64,000 nt of DNA from positions 160,001-224,000 of the forward strand of contig JAOPTT010000004.1 of the NCBI GenBank assembly GCA_051531975.1, given 5' to 3'. This DNA comes from Spirochaetaceae bacterium (GTDB taxonomy: Bacteria > Spirochaetota > Spirochaetia > DSM-2461). The stretch's first letter is position 1; the number at the start of each line of letters is the position of its first letter. This document shows positions 58,265 through 64,000 of the stretch, in pieces. The notes beneath the pieces are model-generated. The model was not told where the DNA came from. It was given only the letters and a program-made list of their open reading frames with translations, and made no database searches. The position numbers were made by a program, and so were the translations under genes.

Positions 58265-59566
58265 ATGTTTCATCACAAATATAAAATAAAATTACTATTA
58301 ATAGCTTTAACAATACTATTTTCCTCTTGTACTACATATAGGGCAAATATGCATCTATTAAAACAATCACCTAAAGTTAAGGCAGACTTTCTTTTTGAGG
58401 AAGCTGTATATTTATATGATACTGAATTCCTAGTAAATAGAGATTTTAAATCAGCTAAACGTGTAAGACAGTATTTCTCAGATGTAGTACAACTTGATCC
58501 AAAAAATACAATATCTCAAGAATATGTTGATGATTTAGATCTGTTTACATCTGAACTATTTGATTCCAATATGGAGATAGCTAGGCTTCTATCAGGATTA
58601 GAAGGCCGGTCTTCAGATGAAGACTTCCAGTTAGTGTTAGCAGTTATGACCCTATCTGAATCTGGTAGAAAAGATGAAGAACTTAAAATATTAAAAAAAT
58701 ATATTAAAGAACTTAAACCAGTAGTAATACTTGGACATGCTGAACAAATTACTGATTTAGAACCTCAAGTATATTCAGAAGAGGAATACGAACCACTAAT
58801 TGAGATACTAATAAAACTTAAGAAATATTTAAGAGAGTTAAACCAGATAGATCCTAAAAATAAGGTCTATTTATCAACAAATGAAAATGTAGAATCCTTT
58901 ATTGAATCTCTTACTTTTGATGATATCGTAGATGCAGAGGATAAGATTTTTAATAAACTGTATATTGAAGCAGAGTTAGTTGTTAGAAGATTAGAACGAA
59001 GGCACCAGGTTGTATTTGGGATCTCCAGTGATCTTATATTAAATACTAAGTATGATCTTTTTTATGAATGGAGTCTGGAACTTTATAGTAAGAAAAATTA
59101 TAAGACAGCAAAAAATATACTTGCATTGGCAATTGATATTGAAGCCAGTCCAGAAGCAGGTGAGTTATCAAATAAAATTGAATCAAAACTTGTAGTTAAG
59201 GTTGTTAAGAAAACTATAACTCCTAAAAAAATAGATTATGACTCACAAATTGATGAAATAATATTAGGAATAGATCAGAGTATATCTAAGAATAATTTTA
59301 AATCTGCCCAAAATAGTATTAATCAGAATTTATCTAGATTAAAGATTCAGAAAAATAAAAATAGTCTACTACAGAGAACTAATACTATAAAAAGAAAAGT
59401 AAAGATAATGTATCAAGATGCAATATCATTTTATAATGAAGAAGATTATGCCTCTGCTTTAGAAAACCTAAAAATAATTACAGAATACGATATAAGGTAT
59501 GAACAAGCAAAAGCTTATTATGACAGAGTTAAAACAAAACTTAATGCACTATCTGGTTCTAACTAG
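58265..59566 (+). CDS. Hypothetical helical/TPR-like lipoprotein
   Basis: Lipobox LFSSC; TPR-like segments; AGGAG SD; upstream TTGATT-N16-TATACT. Confidence 0.7.
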   Translation: MFHHKYKIKLLLIALTILFSSCTTYRANMHLLKQSPKVKADFLFEEAVYLYDTEFLVNRDFKSAKRVRQYFSDVVQLDPKNTISQEYVDDLDLFTSELFDSNMEIARLLSGLEGRSSDEDFQLVLAVMTLSESGRKDEELKILKKYIKELKPVVILGHAEQITDLEPQVYSEEEYEPLIEILIKLKKYLRELNQIDPKNKVYLSTNENVESFIESLTFDDIVDAEDKIFNKLYIEAELVVRRLERRHQVVFGISSDLILNTKYDLFYEWSLELYSKKNYKTAKNILALAIDIEASPEAGELSNKIESKLVVKVVKKTITPKKIDYDSQIDEIILGIDQSISKNNFKSAQNSINQNLSRLKIQKNKNSLLQRTNTIKRKVKIMYQDAISFYNEEDYASALENLKIITEYDIRYEQAKAYYDRVKTKLNALSGSN

Positions 59567-59574
59567 GAGATCAC

Positions 59575-61788
59575 ATGGATATAAAAAATAAAATATTAGA
59601 TTTTTCTGTTGCCCTAATCCCCCTTATATGGTTTTTTATGCCAATAGCATTAGGGCCTGTATCTAGTGGTATAGTCTTTTCAGCGTTCTCACTACCAGTT
59701 GGTTTTCTAGGTTTATTACCTGGTACCATTTATGGGTTTATGTTATATCTGATATACCTAATCCCGCTCTTTTCAATTATAAGAATTACTACGACATTGT
59801 TAGTAAAGAAGATTCACTTTTTTACTATATTTAAACCTCTGTTTTTTACAATAGCACTATTTTTTATATCTCTGATTATGTTATATAGTGCAATTATACC
59901 TATTTTAATGTTTGCTGAGACAAGGGAATATTTTGATACCATGTCGATAACTAGTATTATACTCATCTTGATTTCCTTTATACTAAACGTCCTGTCTGTT
60001 ACTCAGTTTGTAATAATAATTAATAAAAATAACAGTTCATATAATGAATATGTTGGTTTTAAGGCAAACCAGAAACTGGACAAAGTTAGAAATTTGAATT
60101 TTTTTAATAAGATCAGATCTAAACTTCTAATATCCTTTATTGGGATTATCTCTTTAATTCTTCTGATTATGAGCACACAATTATTAAACAACTATAAAAC
60201 GACTCTTCTAAAGGCCATAGGTGATGGAGCAAAAAGTCAGGTTGAACAAACTGCAGCAATTTATAGGATTAATTTAGGTGATAATATAGCCCTTTTTGAG
60301 TATTTTAATAGACAGGTAGAGTTAAATGAAAAGGCTAATTTTAAGTATGATAACTTATCAATTTATACAAACCTAAAAGAAGGTGTATATATTGATGCTA
60401 TAGAAAATGCTTTTCCAGATTATCCTATTGAATACTCTACTCTCTCTTTAGGTGTTCGTTATCCAGATATAGGTTTAATATCAGGAGATCTTGCTAGAGA
60501 GTATCTAAGCCACTATTCTGAGGTTAATACAACGTATAGTTTTATCGAACCTGGTCAGTTTAAGTATATAAGCCCAATAATAAAAATAGACACTATTAAA
60601 AATGGAGATGAAAAGATTAAAAAGTCTAGGCTTTTAGGATTTTCCATCATGACTTTTAGTGAAGATGTTATAATGAAACCTTATTTTAAAATAAGAAATC
60701 TAGTTATGGTTATGACATTTGTATTTATATACTTATCAATAATTTTAACTCTGCTTGTTGGTAACTATATTGTTAATCCAATACTCTATTTAAGAATGAA
60801 TGTTAGAAAAGTTTCAGATATATTATCTCAAATGATAAAAGGTGAACAAAGGATCTCTTCAACCTCCTTAGTTTTTAACGATAACATCTCAAGTAAAGAT
60901 GAGATAAAGACTTTATCCTCTGAGATAGAAAATATGGTTACCATTATCAGAGGTATCGTTCCATATATCTCAGCTTCAACGTTAAAGCAAGCTGAAACTG
61001 GAGCTTCATCAAGTAAACAAAAGGATTTAGCCTTTTTATTTACAGATATTAGAGGTTTTACAACTCTGTGCGAAGGTATGGAACCAGATGAAGTTGTTGG
61101 TGTTCTAAACCAGTATTTAGATTTAGAAACCGAGATAATAATTAACAATCATGGAGATGTTGATAAATTTGTCGGTGATGAAATGATGGCCTTTTTTGAG
61201 GGACCAGATAGGGAAGCTAATGCATGTCGTGCTGCAATGGAAATTCGATCTGCAATGATGAATGAGAAAGATCGAAGAGAAAAAGCGGGACTTACTGTTG
61301 TTAGTATAGGTATAGGAATTAATACTGGTCCTGTTGTCTTTGGTTCTGTTGGAGCTAAAGATAGAATGGACTTTACCTCGATAGGTGACACTGTTAATCT
61401 TGCTGCAAGGCTTGAAGGTGCTAATAAAGCTTATGGCTCTAAGTCTTTAATTTCAGAGGCTGTTTATACCCAGGTTAAGGATATCTTTTTATGTAGAGAG
61501 TTAGACTCTATAACTGTAAAAGGTAAAAATAAACCCGTACGGATCTATGAAATACTGCAAGAGCATAAAAATGCGATACCTAAGATTTTTGAACTTAAAG
61601 AGCTATTTGAGTCTGGTTTAGTTGAATATAGACAAAAAAATTGGGATGCCGCGAAGGTTCATTTTGAAAAAAATATAGAGTTATACCATGACGCACCATC
61701 TAAAGTTTTCTTAGACCGTGTTAACCATTTTAGTAAAAATCCTCCTGCCGCTGATTGGGATGGTGTATTTAGGATGACAATAAAATAG
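59575..61788 (+). CDS. Membrane class III adenylate/guanylate cyclase (probably adenylate) with HAMP-like linker and C-terminal TPR
   Basis: Multiple TMs; LFTDIRGFT, DKFVGDE, GINTG, FTSIGDTVNLAARLEG, VKGK; AGGAG SD. Confidence 0.92.
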   Translation: MDIKNKILDFSVALIPLIWFFMPIALGPVSSGIVFSAFSLPVGFLGLLPGTIYGFMLYLIYLIPLFSIIRITTTLLVKKIHFFTIFKPLFFTIALFFISLIMLYSAIIPILMFAETREYFDTMSITSIILILISFILNVLSVTQFVIIINKNNSSYNEYVGFKANQKLDKVRNLNFFNKIRSKLLISFIGIISLILLIMSTQLLNNYKTTLLKAIGDGAKSQVEQTAAIYRINLGDNIALFEYFNRQVELNEKANFKYDNLSIYTNLKEGVYIDAIENAFPDYPIEYSTLSLGVRYPDIGLISGDLAREYLSHYSEVNTTYSFIEPGQFKYISPIIKIDTIKNGDEKIKKSRLLGFSIMTFSEDVIMKPYFKIRNLVMVMTFVFIYLSIILTLLVGNYIVNPILYLRMNVRKVSDILSQMIKGEQRISSTSLVFNDNISSKDEIKTLSSEIENMVTIIRGIVPYISASTLKQAETGASSSKQKDLAFLFTDIRGFTTLCEGMEPDEVVGVLNQYLDLETEIIINNHGDVDKFVGDEMMAFFEGPDREANACRAAMEIRSAMMNEKDRREKAGLTVVSIGIGINTGPVVFGSVGAKDRMDFTSIGDTVNLAARLEGANKAYGSKSLISEAVYTQVKDIFLCRELDSITVKGKNKPVRIYEILQEHKNAIPKIFELKELFESGLVEYRQKNWDAAKVHFEKNIELYHDAPSKVFLDRVNHFSKNPPAADWDGVFRMTIK

Positions 61789-61959
61789 ACATCAATTATT
61801 TTAATTGTAATATTAATTCTCAAAATAAAAAAATAACAGTTCAATGGAATAAATTTTAGATATTTTATACGATGAAACAGGTTTAGATATCTTTATTTCT
61901 CCCACAATTAACTTAAAATTACCGTCTATAACTATGAGTAGCCCATGATATTATTTTAT

Positions 61960-64000
61960 ATGGAAAATAACAAAAACATATTAATATTAAAATCACCAGC
62001 TACTGAGTGGAGAGACGCTTGGCCTTCTGGTAATGGGGAGGTTGGAGTTTTGGTCTCCGGTTTACCTGTCCATGAGAAAATCATATTCAATCACGAAAAG
62101 CACTGGCTATATGGAGAGGAATTCCCTCTTCCAGATGTATCTTCCGCTCTAATTGAAGTTAGGGAATTAGTTAAGAATAAAGAGTACAAAAAAGCCCATA
62201 ATTACCACAAAGAAAAGCTACATGAGTTGGGTTACAAACCAAAAATGTCTGACTTCTCACCAGTATTTACTCTAGAGATTATTGATAAAAGTCAAAATGA
62301 TTTTTTCGACTATTCTCGAACTCTAAATATGGAGACTGGGGAAATTACAAGTAAATGGCTAAAAAATGATACTACTTTTTCTAGGGATGTATTTGTTTCC
62401 CGACATAGTGGGAAAGTCCATTGTAGATTTTTTGCCGAGGGTACTGGCTTAATGAATCTCAAGTTTAAATTGAGTCCTCTTGCTGAAGATTTGGACCAGG
62501 ATTATGACTCACATAACTTGGTGTTTTCGGGGGTATGTAAAAAGGATGTTATGGTTATTAATGGCCATGATACCAAAAAATCATGGTTTGGTGGAGCTCT
62601 ATCTTTTACTACAGACGGTGAATCAGAAAGTCAAAATGATTCGGTTCTGACTATCAAAGAAGCAAGAATGATTGAGATTGAGATTGACGTCTTTGCTGAT
62701 TGTAAAGAGAAATTCCAACCTCCAATAGATAGACATAGTAATTATAACAAAGAACTAACTTCACATAGACAATTACATGGTGAATTATATAACCGTGTTA
62801 AATTGAATCTAAAGGATCGGTCGATGCACGCCATACAGCAGATGTTCGACTATGGGCGTTATCTGTTAATTTCAAGTGCTGGAAGCCAATTACCCCCTAA
62901 TCTCCAAGGTGTCTGGAATGGAGATAAGCATCCTATCTGGAACTGTTTTTATATGCTCAACGAAAATGTTCAAATGATGCACTGGCAGATTCTTCCAGGT
63001 AATATGCCGGAAATGATGTTGTCTCTTTTTGAGTATTACGAATCTTCAATGGATGACTTTCGGGAGAATGCTTTGAAACTTTTTGGATGTCGAGGTATTT
63101 TCATTCCCGCCAATACTGTTCCTGATACAGGACTTATTACAGACCTTCAAGGACATCTCATCTACTGGACAGGGGGTGCGGCCTGGTTGGCACGTCTCTA
63201 TTACGATTATTATCTCTATACTGGGGATGAACTGTTTTTAAAACATAGAGCTCTACCTTTTATGAAAGAGGCAATGGATTTTTATGAAGATTATACATAT
63301 GAGAATGTGAAGGGGGAACTTGAATTTTGCCCTTCCATATCTCCTGAAAACTCTCCTGAAGATTTTAATCGTGAATTTAAGATGGATGCTAACTGTAATA
63401 TTACTATAAATGCAACTATGGATATCGCCCTCTGTAAAGAACTTCTAAATAATCTGATCCAAGGTTCTAGTTTGTGTGGAGTTTATAAGGAAAATATCTC
63501 AAACTGGTTGGATGTTCTTAATAAGCTTCCTGGTTATACTATCAACAAAGATGGTGCTATTAGTGAATGGGTTCACGACGGTTTTAATGACAATTATCAT
63601 CATCGTCACGTCTCTCATATCTACCCTTTCTTTCCAGGGAATGAGATCTCTCTTGGGGATGAGATGATTCCATCTATAGAGACCGCAGTGGATAAGCGTT
63701 TTGAAATTGGTATGCGGGAACAGACAGGGTGGTCCCTTGTTCATCAATCAAATATTTACGCTAGGTTAGGACGAGGTGATAGGGCTCTCGAATGCCTAGA
63801 CATATTAAAAGAGTACTGTACAGGGATAAATCTTTTTACCTATCACAATGACTGGAGAGATCGTGGTGTCTGTATGACTAAACCAGAAGGTTTTAATAAA
63901 AGAGTCTTCCAGATCGATGCAAATTTGGGGTATCCAGCAGCCATAATGGAAATGTTAGTCCATAGTAGCCTTGGAAAAATTACACTGCTACCTGGGCTTC
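61960..64000 (+). CDS. GH95 alpha-L-fucosidase-like glycoside hydrolase, partial (runs off window edge)
   Basis: Translated by hand, not in the ORF track: WRDAWPSGNG, FDYGRYLLISS, PNLQGVWN, NENVQM, SPEN, HHRHVSH, FQIDAN. Extended -10 TG-A-TATTAT ends 5 nt before the ATG. Confidence 0.9.
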   Translation, partial: MENNKNILILKSPATEWRDAWPSGNGEVGVLVSGLPVHEKIIFNHEKHWLYGEEFPLPDVSSALIEVRELVKNKEYKKAHNYHKEKLHELGYKPKMSDFSPVFTLEIIDKSQNDFFDYSRTLNMETGEITSKWLKNDTTFSRDVFVSRHSGKVHCRFFAEGTGLMNLKFKLSPLAEDLDQDYDSHNLVFSGVCKKDVMVINGHDTKKSWFGGALSFTTDGESESQNDSVLTIKEARMIEIEIDVFADCKEKFQPPIDRHSNYNKELTSHRQLHGELYNRVKLNLKDRSMHAIQQMFDYGRYLLISSAGSQLPPNLQGVWNGDKHPIWNCFYMLNENVQMMHWQILPGNMPEMMLSLFEYYESSMDDFRENALKLFGCRGIFIPANTVPDTGLITDLQGHLIYWTGGAAWLARLYYDYYLYTGDELFLKHRALPFMKEAMDFYEDYTYENVKGELEFCPSISPENSPEDFNREFKMDANCNITINATMDIALCKELLNNLIQGSSLCGVYKENISNWLDVLNKLPGYTINKDGAISEWVHDGFNDNYHHRHVSHIYPFFPGNEISLGDEMIPSIETAVDKRFEIGMREQTGWSLVHQSNIYARLGRGDRALECLDILKEYCTGINLFTYHNDWRDRGVCMTKPEGFNKRVFQIDANLGYPAAIMEMLVHSSLGKITLLPGL

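Noticed and set aside
61855..61890. TTTAGATAT direct repeat upstream of the GH95 gene
   Set aside because: It is only 9 bp in very AT-rich DNA and is plausibly chance.
665..63747. The many short (60-125 aa) ORFs in the track that lie antisense or out of frame within long genes
   Set aside because: They are shadows of well-supported CDSs, with no motifs, SD or independent promoter.
1..64000. tRNA, rRNA, IS elements, prophage or defence island
   Set aside because: Intergenic gaps are short and AT-rich, and I saw no cloverleaf, transposase, integrase or phage genes.

Overview
This is an AT-rich, gene-dense bacterial chromosomal segment. It is most likely from an anaerobic free-living spirochaete; this is an inference from the Borrelia-like order lytic transglycosylase-uppP-ftsK, the mnmE-mnmG-rsmG block, the many spirochaetal-type lipoboxes and the chemoreceptor tip sequence. 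It holds about 48 CDSs, including two partial ORFs at the edges that the ORF track omits (a C39-peptidase-like secreted protein and a GH95 glycosidase). The main blocks are: a tightly coupled pantothenate/CoA operon (panG-like, panB, panC, split coaC and coaB, coaX, then rlmH and a degenerate GGDEF gene); tRNA/rRNA modification genes; cell-envelope and division genes; Trk potassium uptake; an MFS-HEAT fusion facing two radical SAM genes; an acyl-ligase/ACP/acyltransferase fusion; the AmmeMemoRadiSam trio; an alpha-glucoside locus with LacI and two-component regulators; an [FeFe]-hydrogenase maturation operon (hydG, hydE, aspartase-like, hydF); and a lipoprotein plus membrane adenylate cyclase pair. 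I saw no rRNA, tRNA, CRISPR array, transposase or prophage gene. The most interesting signals are non-coding: (1) the hydG leader has three tandem ATCTGA-N-AAGGA(T/G) self-pairing units, the last containing the Shine-Dalgarno; (2) the pan leader has two bulged-A hairpins, one hiding the ribosome-binding site; (3) about 13 transcription units look leaderless; (4) every convergent gene pair overlaps or abuts, with no room for a terminator. All calls come from reading motifs by eye; no database search was run.
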